Shown here in pieces: positions 8,237-15,811 of a DNA stretch of 25,339 bases. The stretch is from a virus (lineage: Duplodnaviria > Caudoviricetes): positions 1-25,339 of IMG/VR virus record IMGVR_UViG_3300009686_000018; one strand, given 5' to 3'. Below the pieces are notes generated by a model. That model did not search any database and had not been told where the DNA came from. It was given only the letters and a program-made list of their open reading frames with translations. The first letter of the stretch is position 1, and every line of letters starts with the position of its first letter. A program made the translations under genes and the position numbers.

Positions 8237-8448
8237 ATATCTACCTCCACTTTCTCAATTTCGACAATTACCACGCTATTATTAGCTTTCAAATCTTGTA
8301 ACTCTAGCGTGTATTGCCATGTACCGCCCCTTAATCGTAGTATGCACGCTGTTACAATATAATCTGCATTATCGTACTGTACTATTTTTTTATCCGTTAT
8401 TGTTCGTTTTACGTCCTTTATGTCCATGCTATGATTCGATAAATTCAA
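8233..8448 (-). CDS. hypothetical protein
   Basis: Co-oriented ORF overlapping both neighbours; start could be the second Met. Confidence 0.6.
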   Translation of the reverse strand: MNLSNHSMDIKDVKRTITDKKIVQYDNADYIVTACILRLRGGTWQYTLELQDLKANNSVVIVEIEKVEVDI

Positions 8449-8767
8449 ACTGCGGATAAATTTGCTTCATCAGTTTTCGTTTTATGATGTAATCTTTTGT
8501 TTTAGTAGCAATACTTTTAACATCTTCAACAATCATCTGCTGTTTTTTGTTGTCATAATAGACAAAATCCGCTATATACTTTACTGCTCTTTCACCTTTT
8601 TGTTTTGGTATTAACTCAAAAGGTACTTGTATTTTCAAATCTTCTATTTCTCCTGCCCTTTGCAATAAGATTAATTCTTTATATCTGTTGCCTTCTTTAA
8701 AACTGTCGAATACCACTCCGTCAATTTCTGTTTTCTTGTTGCTGTACTTAGATTTTTTATATTGCAT
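8429..8767 (-). CDS. DUF1064-family PD-(D/E)XK endonuclease
   Basis: SKYSNKKTEIDGVVFDS.KE..RY, QVPFELIP, YIADFVY, VEDVK. Confidence 0.9.
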   Translation of the reverse strand: MQYKKSKYSNKKTEIDGVVFDSFKEGNRYKELILLQRAGEIEDLKIQVPFELIPKQKGERAVKYIADFVYYDNKKQQMIVEDVKSIATKTKDYIIKRKLMKQIYPQFEFIES

Positions 8768-9082
8768 TTAATCACGCTCCTTATTACATGGAAATTCGCT
8801 ATCTTCACTTCGCAAATAATACATATCGTTGCTTCTAACGAATCCCTCACATTTTAAAGCATCATGAGGTGTCAATATTTCTTCGTTATATGCGCATATT
8901 GGCGCATTTCGAATGGTTGAGTATTCACTATTATCATAATCACCCTCGTAAGCATTAACGCACATGTAACAGTTTTTACCGATAGGGTTATGCCTGCATT
9001 CTTTTTCGTGTTTTTCCATAGTTTCCTGTTTGACTGTTAGCTTCTGGCAATAGCTGCATTTATATCTTTGTACTATTTTCAT
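8768..9082 (-). CDS. zinc-finger hypothetical protein
   Basis: YKCSYC...KHEKEC.HNP..KNCYMC. Confidence 0.7.
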   Translation of the reverse strand: MKIVQRYKCSYCQKLTVKQETMEKHEKECRHNPIGKNCYMCVNAYEGDYDNSEYSTIRNAPICAYNEEILTPHDALKCEGFVRSNDMYYLRSEDSEFPCNKERD

Positions 9083-9093
9083 TTAATCATCTC

Positions 9094-10530
9094 CTAAACT
9101 GCTACATTTTCAATATTTTCTTCTTGATAATTGGCTTCTACTAATGCCTTTGCTAATGGAGGACAAACACTATTACCGCACTTTGCAGTTTGTTCTGTGG
9201 TTGGGTATGGATTGCCGTTGCTATCCCTATTAATTATGTAATCATCGGGAAATCCCTGTGCCTTAAATAATTCGTGCGGTTTCAACATTCTCATACCTAT
9301 GTCAATAATTTGATAATCCTCACCCTTAATTGTTACAAGTCCAAATCTATCTTTAGTAGTAATGGTATGCAACGGACTGTTAATTGTTTGTCCTATGTCA
9401 GCACCATAGTATTTCAATAAAAATGCTGTTACTAAATTCGATTTATTTACTGTTGTTGAAGTTGCTAATGGTTTATTCAACTCGTGTCCTGTTGAAGTAT
9501 GAAACTGTCTGCTAATAAATGCTGTTATAAGCGCCTGATGGTCTTTGGTTGTCAGGGTATGAAGTGGTTCTTCTAAATTGCTTCCTGCCCCTTCATATGT
9601 TCCGGCATAATATTTACTTATAAAAGCTGTAACTAATCCGAATCTATTTGCAGTTGGTATTGTTGCTATTGGTTCATCAAGACCACTTCCCCTTATCTCT
9701 TCTCCCTGAGCTGTGTAGTAATGCTGTAAGAACATTGCTTTTTCATCTAGCACAAATGGCTTATCTGCCTCTGTAACAAATTTTCTTATTCCTTTTGCTA
9801 TTCTTTCAAGTGTGTTTTCTGCTAATGGTTTCTTTCTGGTAAAGATACTAGGACAAGATATGCTCCAATCAATACACTCTGCTGCCGTTCTCCATGGCTT
9901 TAACAATCCGCATCTAACTTCAATACCTTCTGGATTTCCATGAGTTGGTTCAGGCCATATAATTTGTTTGCCGTCGCATCTTGCTATCATAAAGAATCTT
10001 TTTCTTGTTGTTGGAGCTCCATAATCACATGCTCGTAATTCTCTAAATGATACTTTATAGCCTTGTTTTTCAAGTGCTTTAATAAATAAATGAAACGTCT
10101 CTCCTTTTTTATTTGGGTCTGGATATAAGTCGCCTTTATCATCTGTAATTAATGGTCCCCAGGTTTGAAATTCCTCAACATTTTCAAGAATTATTATCCT
10201 TGGATGAACTGCTTTCGCCCACTTAACAACTACCCACGCTAATCCTCGAACATTTTTGTCTACTGGCTTACCGCCTTTAGCTTTTGAAAAGTGTTTGCAA
10301 TCAGGTGATGCCCACATTAATCCTACAAGTTGTCCTTGTGTCGCTTGTAATGGGTCTATATCCCACACATTTTCGATGTAATGTTTTGTGTTGGGATGAT
10401 TAACTTCATGCATTTTTATTGCCATTTCATCATGATTGATGGCTATGTCCACCGAACGCCCTATTGCCATTTCTATTCCTGTACTGGCACCACCTCCGCC
10501 CGCAAACGAATCAATTATAAGTTCTCTCAT
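9094..10530 (-). CDS. C5-cytosine DNA methyltransferase (phage type)
   Basis: Motif I DSFAGGGGAS, catalytic SPDC, ENV, GAPT.RKR, RML...E...AQGFP, GNSV.P; SD GGAGG. Confidence 0.95.
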   Translation of the reverse strand: MRELIIDSFAGGGGASTGIEMAIGRSVDIAINHDEMAIKMHEVNHPNTKHYIENVWDIDPLQATQGQLVGLMWASPDCKHFSKAKGGKPVDKNVRGLAWVVVKWAKAVHPRIIILENVEEFQTWGPLITDDKGDLYPDPNKKGETFHLFIKALEKQGYKVSFRELRACDYGAPTTRKRFFMIARCDGKQIIWPEPTHGNPEGIEVRCGLLKPWRTAAECIDWSISCPSIFTRKKPLAENTLERIAKGIRKFVTEADKPFVLDEKAMFLQHYYTAQGEEIRGSGLDEPIATIPTANRFGLVTAFISKYYAGTYEGAGSNLEEPLHTLTTKDHQALITAFISRQFHTSTGHELNKPLATSTTVNKSNLVTAFLLKYYGADIGQTINSPLHTITTKDRFGLVTIKGEDYQIIDIGMRMLKPHELFKAQGFPDDYIINRDSNGNPYPTTEQTAKCGNSVCPPLAKALVEANYQEENIENVAV

Positions 10531-10544
10531 TATTCCTCCGTTTA

Positions 10545-10573
10545 GGAGCTATCAAGGAATACTTGACAACTCC
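10545..10573 (-). promoter_or_regulatory. 12-bp stem-loop just upstream of the C5-methyltransferase SD
   Basis: Minus strand GGAGTTGTCAAG-TATTC-CTTGATAGCTCC; both imperfect pairs are G-U on this strand; no U tract. Confidence 0.5.
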
Positions 10574-10596
10574 ATTATTTATTGGTATTTCAATGT

Positions 10597-11199
10597 TTAT
10601 AAGTTGTAATCTAGTTTATTGTAGAAACTATCGTACTTTTCTATATAATCATATCTATCTTTGAATACATCGTATATGCTTGTACTACCAACGCTTAATT
10701 GGCTTATTCCCATTATGAACTTTGATGGTATAACTAACACTTTCTTAATTTCTTCATCCGTTACACATACACAGATAAACAAATCGCAATTATGATTATA
10801 TTTTTCTAAATTAAAGGTATGAAATTCACCTTTTGGACCTCTATACAGATTTGATACTTTAACATCAATTTTTATATTTAAATTTACAAGTAGGTCGTAT
10901 GGATGTTTCATTGACATTCTTTCTACTTCGTAACCTTTAGTTTTTAACAATTCGGCTGTTCTTGTTTCGTATTCTCTTCCTAATTTAGTTTCTGAATCTT
11001 TTATATAAAGATTTAATTTTTCAGCCCAATTCTTAAAACCTCCAGTTTTAGATATATGTCCAGTCAAAGAAGCCGACTGCATGACTTTTTCTATTTCACT
11101 TCTTGAAGGCATCCTGTTTAAATTAAGAGCTTTTATTACTTTTTCTAATTCATCCTTTACTTTTTCATCTGTCCATTTTATTCCGTGTGTATATCCCAT
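10597..11199 (-). CDS. putative endonuclease: N-terminal homing-endonuclease-associated helical repeat plus PD-(D/E)XK domain
   Basis: WTDEKV...MPSRSEI...GGFKNWAEKLNL, then GREYE...HPYDLLVN..IKIDVK. Confidence 0.65.
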   Translation of the reverse strand: MGYTHGIKWTDEKVKDELEKVIKALNLNRMPSRSEIEKVMQSASLTGHISKTGGFKNWAEKLNLYIKDSETKLGREYETRTAELLKTKGYEVERMSMKHPYDLLVNLNIKIDVKVSNLYRGPKGEFHTFNLEKYNHNCDLFICVCVTDEEIKKVLVIPSKFIMGISQLSVGSTSIYDVFKDRYDYIEKYDSFYNKLDYNL

Positions 11200-11237
11200 A
11201 TAATGCTCCTTATTTTACATATTCGTTGAAATTACAG

Positions 11238-11687
11238 CTAAAAAGGTATTTCATTTTCTAAATCGTCATCTACTGGCTGGAATATATCTTCACCATCATC
11301 TGGAAAATCGTCTAAATTATTTTCTTGTGGCTTAGCCTGTCCCTCTGTTTTGCTACCTATAAACTCTACTTTATCCGCTATAACATCAGTTGTATAAACC
11401 TTGCTTCCATCATCTTTTGTGTAACTTCCTGTTGATATTCTGCCGTGTACTGCGCATTGTTTTCCTTTTGCAAGATAATTAGCACAATTTTCTGCTATCT
11501 TACCAAAGACGGTTATATAAATAAAATCTGCTGTTGGCTTACTCTGCTTAATGGCCTCTTGTTTCTTGTCTCCAAATAAATCCTTATCAACAGCTAAACT
11601 CATTTTTGTTACCGCCATTCCTGTAGCTGGTATAAATTTTAGTTCAGGATCCTTGCATAACCTTCCAATAAGTACAACATTATTCAT
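11238..11687 (-). CDS. ssb: single-stranded DNA-binding protein
   Basis: MNNVVLIGRL.KDPEL, ADFI, YLAKG, acidic tail ending IPF. Confidence 0.95.
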   Translation of the reverse strand: MNNVVLIGRLCKDPELKFIPATGMAVTKMSLAVDKDLFGDKKQEAIKQSKPTADFIYITVFGKIAENCANYLAKGKQCAVHGRISTGSYTKDDGSKVYTTDVIADKVEFIGSKTEGQAKPQENNLDDFPDDGEDIFQPVDDDLENEIPF

Positions 11688-12322
11688 TGTTTTTCCTCCA
11701 CCCTTTCAAACTCTATAACCCATAAATAACTTTCTCCTGTGCAATCTGGATATATCTTAAAAATTGTTTCTAAAAATTCTGCTCTATTAGTAAATCCTTC
11801 TGCTAAAGCCTGTTTCTCTGTTATATCTTTTATTTGTTCAACTCTAACATTTATAACTTTTAGAAATATTCTTGCTGCTGACTTTGACATATGGATTGAT
11901 GGATGCCACTTAATAAACCCGTCTCTATCCTCACATAATTTGCAAGTGATATGTTTTTCAACACCTTTTGGTAAGCAAGTTCCATCTTCTGTGCATCCTG
12001 TGCAAATATTATCTGCTTTGTAATAGTATCTGCCCCTACTTTCACACCATGTTTCCCTAACCCAGAGAATATCTCCAACTTTGTAACGAGGTTTAGCATA
12101 TTGAATATGTCCTCCGTATGAATCAATTCCCCAACCATAAAAACCTGTATTTTTACTATCTGTACTACTAGTAACAAATCCGAGTTGAGATTGATGTTTT
12201 TCGTCTGGCTGTGGCTTTATAACTCTTCTTGTAACCGTTTTTCTTCCGTCCAACAGTGCTTTTGTCATTTCTGTGTTAAACAATATTGGCTTTGCTACTT
12301 TTAATAATTCTTCTCTGTTCAT
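11684..12322 (-). CDS. ASCH/PUA-like domain phage protein
   Basis: KPILFNTEM..ALLDGRKTVTRRVIK, GDILWVRETW, W.PSIHM....ARI.L...VRVE, WVIEFE. SD AGGAGGT before ATG 12322 (track starts at 12346). Confidence 0.8.
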   Translation of the reverse strand: MNREELLKVAKPILFNTEMTKALLDGRKTVTRRVIKPQPDEKHQSQLGFVTSSTDSKNTGFYGWGIDSYGGHIQYAKPRYKVGDILWVRETWCESRGRYYYKADNICTGCTEDGTCLPKGVEKHITCKLCEDRDGFIKWHPSIHMSKSAARIFLKVINVRVEQIKDITEKQALAEGFTNRAEFLETIFKIYPDCTGESYLWVIEFERVEEKQ

Positions 12323-12349
12323 TCTTCTACCTCCTGAAAATTCCATTTC

Positions 12350-12538
12350 CTATCCTTTTTTTATTTTTTTACTATCATAAGTACAATGTATTTTAATCCA
12401 CCACCATGTCTCAATAAATTCATGCATATCACCTGTGGCAATTCCAATAAAGAATTGTTTAAATAAATTTTTAAACAGCCAACCTATGTGTTTCATATCT
12501 CGTTTATCAAAACTCCAAATTCTTTTTAATATTTTCAT
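12350..12538 (-). CDS. hypothetical protein
   Basis: 62-aa co-oriented ORF with purine-rich SD (AAGGGG). Confidence 0.6.
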   Translation of the reverse strand: MKILKRIWSFDKRDMKHIGWLFKNLFKQFFIGIATGDMHEFIETWWWIKIHCTYDSKKIKKG

Positions 12539-12540
12539 TT

Positions 12541-12708
12541 CTATCCCCTTTTCATTTGAAATCTTAAATTTCCATTCCAGCCCAATCCGTCCATAAAACT
12601 TTTATACTTTTGATTTGCAAGTTCACGCTCTATTTTAAATTTTCTATAGTCTTCGCAAGTGTCGTGGCAAGCTAATTTTCTTTCAGGGCAATTTATACAT
12701 TTGTTCAT
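12541..12708 (-). CDS. small Cys/His metal-binding protein (55 aa; not in ORF track)
   Basis: MNKCINCPERKLACHDTCEDYRKFK...; ATGA overlap with the methyltransferase stop; SD GAGGT. Confidence 0.7.
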   Translation of the reverse strand: MNKCINCPERKLACHDTCEDYRKFKIERELANQKYKSFMDGLGWNGNLRFQMKRG

Positions 12709-13742
12709 ATAGACCTCTCAAATAAACTTATTTGAGCTTTTTCTTCTTTAAGTCTTTTTTCTGCCATATTGCAATATTCTTTGTTTAATTCAAATCCAAT
12801 GAAATTTTTATTATGTTTTATTGAAGCTAATGCGACAGTACCACTTCCCATGAACGGATCTAAAACAATTCCTTTCTCTTTACAACCAGCTAATATACAA
12901 GGCTCTATTAATTCTAACGGAAATGTTGCAAAATGTGCTTCTTTAAATGGCTTTGTAGATACAATCCAAACATCTCTTTTATTTCGTTTCTCGTGAAAAT
13001 CATATGCATTTCCTGATTTAGTTCGATTAAAAATTTCTGGATTTGCAGTATATTTATTTCCACCATATCTCGGCGCAACTGCCTTCATAACTCCGTTTGT
13101 TTTTCCATATACCCTGTTAGAACCTTTTTGATTCTCAATATCTTGTTGTAATCGCTTAACTGTGCTATTTGCGACAGGTTCAGAAATTGCTTCTGCATTG
13201 AAATAATATTTCGGTGATTTTGAAAGTAAAAAAATATATTCATGACTTTTAGTACATCTATCTTTTACACTTTCAGGCATTGGATTAGGTTTGGCCCAAA
13301 TAATATCTTGTCTTAAATACCATCCATCTGACTGCAGTGCAAATGCTACTCTCCATGGAATACCAACTAATTCTTTTCGCTTAAGATTTGCTGGTATTTT
13401 AGGCATCTTACACTGAGAACTATTTTTATTTGGTACATATACTTCTTTTTGCTTTTGGTTATTACTCCACGAACCTTTTCCACTGCCTGTATAACTATCA
13501 CCCAAATTAAGCCACAGTGTACCGTCATCTTTTAAAACCCTCTTGACCTCTTTAAAAACAGTAACTAAATTATCTACGTATTGCTCAGGAGTATCTTCTA
13601 ACCCTAGTTGTCCATCTACTCCATAATCTCTCAATCCCCAATATGGTGGTGAGGTGACACAGCAATCAACGGTTTTATCTATAATTAATCTCATGCCATC
13701 CACACAATCCATATTGTAGAAACTATTTAGTTTTAATTCCAT
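12705..13742 (-). CDS. amino (likely N4-cytosine) DNA methyltransferase, beta class
   Basis: TSPPY catalytic motif N-terminal, LWLNLGDSY, HEYIFL, HFATFP, DPFMGSGT SAM motif C-terminal. Confidence 0.92.
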   Translation of the reverse strand: MELKLNSFYNMDCVDGMRLIIDKTVDCCVTSPPYWGLRDYGVDGQLGLEDTPEQYVDNLVTVFKEVKRVLKDDGTLWLNLGDSYTGSGKGSWSNNQKQKEVYVPNKNSSQCKMPKIPANLKRKELVGIPWRVAFALQSDGWYLRQDIIWAKPNPMPESVKDRCTKSHEYIFLLSKSPKYYFNAEAISEPVANSTVKRLQQDIENQKGSNRVYGKTNGVMKAVAPRYGGNKYTANPEIFNRTKSGNAYDFHEKRNKRDVWIVSTKPFKEAHFATFPLELIEPCILAGCKEKGIVLDPFMGSGTVALASIKHNKNFIGFELNKEYCNMAEKRLKEEKAQISLFERSI

Positions 13743-14535
13743 AGGTTCCTCCTAAAATGAGCTTATTTGCTTTTATCTGTTCAAATTCTTGCTGAAGCAT
13801 AGATATTTGAATATTGTTTGCTAACTTAGAATTAAAATCATCAACATATTGTTTTTTAATTTCAAACCCATATGATTTTCTTCCTAACATTTCAGCCGCA
13901 AGTAATGTTACCCCACTACCTGCGCATGGGTCTATTACAACGTCCCCAACGTCTGTAAATATTGATATAAGTTTCTTAATTACTTTTATGCTTTTCTGTG
14001 TAGGATGTATTTTAGGCGTTTCGTTATCTCTCTCATAATCCATGCAATTAAATATCATCTTTCTTTCGTTGTTAAATTTAGGTAATTTCTCTCTGTATAA
14101 AAGCACTGCATATTCGCAATTTCCTACAACTTTCATGTTTGCTTTTAATACCTGAGCTGAATAGTTTTTTCTAAACACAAGATTGATGTAATGATTAAAG
14201 CCGTATTCCTTACCTTTTTCTATCAACATAAATTGCTGTTCAAACTCGCAAAATACAATCATGCAACCCGCTTGTCCTGTCTCTTTTGGTTCTTTTTTTA
14301 ACATTGTGCTGACAAAGTGCATAAACTCTGGTATTTTAAAATCGTTGTCAGTGTCGAAGAAAGTTGTCTTTGCTAAGTTGCTTTCACCGTTTTTATTGTC
14401 GCCGTCTTTATACCAACTCGGATTAGAAGCATAAGCATTTGTGGAAATATTATAAGGAATATCTGCTATAACTAGTTGTGCTTTAGGCAAACTATATCTT
14501 TTATAGTTCTGAAAGTGGTCTCTGTAAAGTTCCAT
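13723..14535 (-). CDS. amino (likely N6-adenine) DNA methyltransferase, beta class
   Basis: ADIPYN catalytic motif, HPTQK, DPCAGSG SAM motif, GFEI. Its SD AGGAGG is the last two codons of the upstream gene. Confidence 0.9.
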   Translation of the reverse strand: MELYRDHFQNYKRYSLPKAQLVIADIPYNISTNAYASNPSWYKDGDNKNGESNLAKTTFFDTDNDFKIPEFMHFVSTMLKKEPKETGQAGCMIVFCEFEQQFMLIEKGKEYGFNHYINLVFRKNYSAQVLKANMKVVGNCEYAVLLYREKLPKFNNERKMIFNCMDYERDNETPKIHPTQKSIKVIKKLISIFTDVGDVVIDPCAGSGVTLLAAEMLGRKSYGFEIKKQYVDDFNSKLANNIQISMLQQEFEQIKANKLILGGTYGIKTK

Positions 14536-14536
14536 A

Positions 14537-15178
14537 TTACCTCCTATATTTTATTTCAAACTCTATAATATCTTTGTTTTCTAAGCCTAATTGTGTAATC
14601 AATCTATAAAATTTACTATACAATGTTTGCTTATTTGTTTTGCTTTTGTCTGCCCATTCTGCAATAGTGAGTTTATCGTCTCCTATGGTTACAAACATGC
14701 TGTTTAGCTTATTGTTCTGCTGTTTTTGCATGCTTACCCACCTGCAATTTTCAGGACAATAGTTTCCGTCTGGGTTTATTCTATCAATCGAAACAAATTC
14801 GTCATAATTATTATTTAATGACCATTCCTTAAATTTCAAATAATCACAATTCCATTCATTGCATATTGACACACCTTTTCCGCCGTAATACATATAAGCT
14901 GGATTGTTTTCATTGTGGCATCTTTGTTTTATGCCTTTGTATATATGATATAACCGTGTGTTTGAAAAACCATGGGTTCTTACTAAATTACCTAATTTTT
15001 CACCTCTTACACAACCACAACTTTTACTTTTCCCAGATGTTAAATTATAAGCCAAAATCGTTTTTTCTTCGCCGCAATCACACTTGCATATCCAGGTAGT
15101 GTTTTTACCTTTATTTTCGCCCTCTTTTATAACGGTTAACTTTCCAAATTTTTTACCTATTAAATCTTGTTTTCTCAT
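14537..15178 (-). CDS. HNH-type homing-endonuclease-like protein
   Basis: DLIGKKFGKLTV, W.CKCDCG, SCGC, THG...TRLY...KQRC, YGG.GV.IC.EW, SIDRIN.DGNYCPENCRW...Q.NN; SD GGAGGT. Confidence 0.85.
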   Translation of the reverse strand: MRKQDLIGKKFGKLTVIKEGENKGKNTTWICKCDCGEEKTILAYNLTSGKSKSCGCVRGEKLGNLVRTHGFSNTRLYHIYKGIKQRCHNENNPAYMYYGGKGVSICNEWNCDYLKFKEWSLNNNYDEFVSIDRINPDGNYCPENCRWVSMQKQQNNKLNSMFVTIGDDKLTIAEWADKSKTNKQTLYSKFYRLITQLGLENKDIIEFEIKYRR

Positions 15179-15206
15179 AATGTACCTCCATATATTTCAT
15201 ATATTT

Positions 15207-15235
15207 ATTATATCATAGTGATATCACCATGTCAA
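15207..15235 (-). promoter_or_regulatory. sigmaA promoter for the endonuclease gene, with palindromic operator in the spacer
   Basis: TTGACA (15230-15235), 17-nt spacer, TG-n-TATAAT (-10 at 15207-15212); palindrome GTGATATCAC at 15218-15227. Confidence 0.85.
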
Positions 15236-15250
15236 CACTTTGCAAACATA

Positions 15251-15279
15251 TTGACATCATTTAAAAATTGTGTTATTAT
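15251..15279 (+). promoter_or_regulatory. sigmaA promoter for the RHH gene
   Basis: TTGACA (15251-15256), 17-nt spacer, TG-n-TATTAT (-10 at 15274-15279). Confidence 0.8.
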
Positions 15280-15300
15280 CCTATTAAGGAGTTGATATAT

Positions 15301-15447
15301 ATGGCTGTTTCAAAAATGAATATAAGAACTTTAATTACTATTCCTAAAGAACTAAAAACCAAATTAGAGCAACTTGCCGTAAGAGATGATAGGAGTTTAA
15401 ATAATTTAATAATTAAAATTCTTAAAGAATATGCCGCCCACAATTAA
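15301..15447 (+). CDS. ribbon-helix-helix (Arc/CopG-like) DNA-binding protein, 48 aa (not in ORF track)
   Basis: MAVSKMNIRTLITIPKELKTKLEQLAVRDDRSLNNLIIKILKEYAAHN: alternating beta strand, P..L...L..LA...RSLN; SD AAGGAG; own promoter and terminator. Confidence 0.85.
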   Translation: MAVSKMNIRTLITIPKELKTKLEQLAVRDDRSLNNLIIKILKEYAAHN

Positions 15448-15466
15448 TTTTGTGGGTTTATTTTTT
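15437..15466 (+). terminator. intrinsic terminator of the RHH gene
   Basis: CCCACAA-TTAATT-TTGTGGG followed by TTTATTTTTT; ends 3 nt from the stub junction. Confidence 0.75.
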
Positions 15467-15556
15467 ATAGTTATATGGGATATCTGCAATTATTAGTTGT
15501 GCTTTTGGAATGTTTTGCTTTTTGTAGTTTTGGAAATGGTCATGATATAGTTCCAT
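15458..15556 (-). pseudogene. 5' stub (32 codons) of the N6-type methyltransferase, cut off after DIPYN
   Basis: MELYHDHFQNYKKQNIPKAQLIIADIPYN-YKK*; 23 of 29 residues identical to the start of 13723..14535; own SD AGGAG. Confidence 0.9.
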
Positions 15557-15568
15557 TATTTCTCCTAG

Positions 15569-15811
15569 TTAGTAGTTATTTTTAAACTTCTCTTTTAGCT
15601 CCATCATCTTCTTGTCTATGTTGCTGTCTGTGTCAATTTCCTCTATCATATTTACATTTTCGAAATTCAATAAGTGTTGGTCTCCATTTGATATTTTAAT
15701 TAAAACTGCATTGCCCTCTTGAATTATCTCTGTTGTGTTATAAAAATTTCTTGAAGTTGATAGAGTTTTAAACCATACTTTTATAGTTGAATTACTAAAT
15801 ATTGCTTTCAT
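15569..15811 (-). CDS. hypothetical protein
   Basis: SD GAGGTG before ATG 15811; overlaps the end of the initiator gene. Confidence 0.65.
   Translation of the reverse strand: MKAIFSNSTIKVWFKTLSTSRNFYNTTEIIQEGNAVLIKISNGDQHLLNFENVNMIEEIDTDSNIDKKMMELKEKFKNNY

Larger units (their letters stand above)
14449..15469. mobile_element. putative endonuclease cassette inserted at the methyltransferase catalytic codons, including a replacement 5' end
   Basis: Removing 14449-15469 joins the upstream 29-codon stub in frame to the methyltransferase body; the segment has its own promoters, regulator and terminator. Confidence 0.7.

Noticed and set aside
11860-12177. 105-aa alternative-frame ORF inside the ASCH-like gene
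   Set aside because: Fully nested in a gene with clear family motifs; no motif of its own.
14537-15447. IS element or type II toxin-antitoxin pair
   Set aside because: No transposase, terminal inverted repeats or exact target duplication; genes are divergent and the partner resembles phage homing endonucleases rather than a known toxin.
14449-15469. Group I/II intron or intein as the explanation of the methyltransferase interruption
   Set aside because: The insert contains an antisense gene, promoters and stop codons, leaves almost no room for a ribozyme core, and the downstream gene is complete without splicing. Not formally excluded without RT-PCR.
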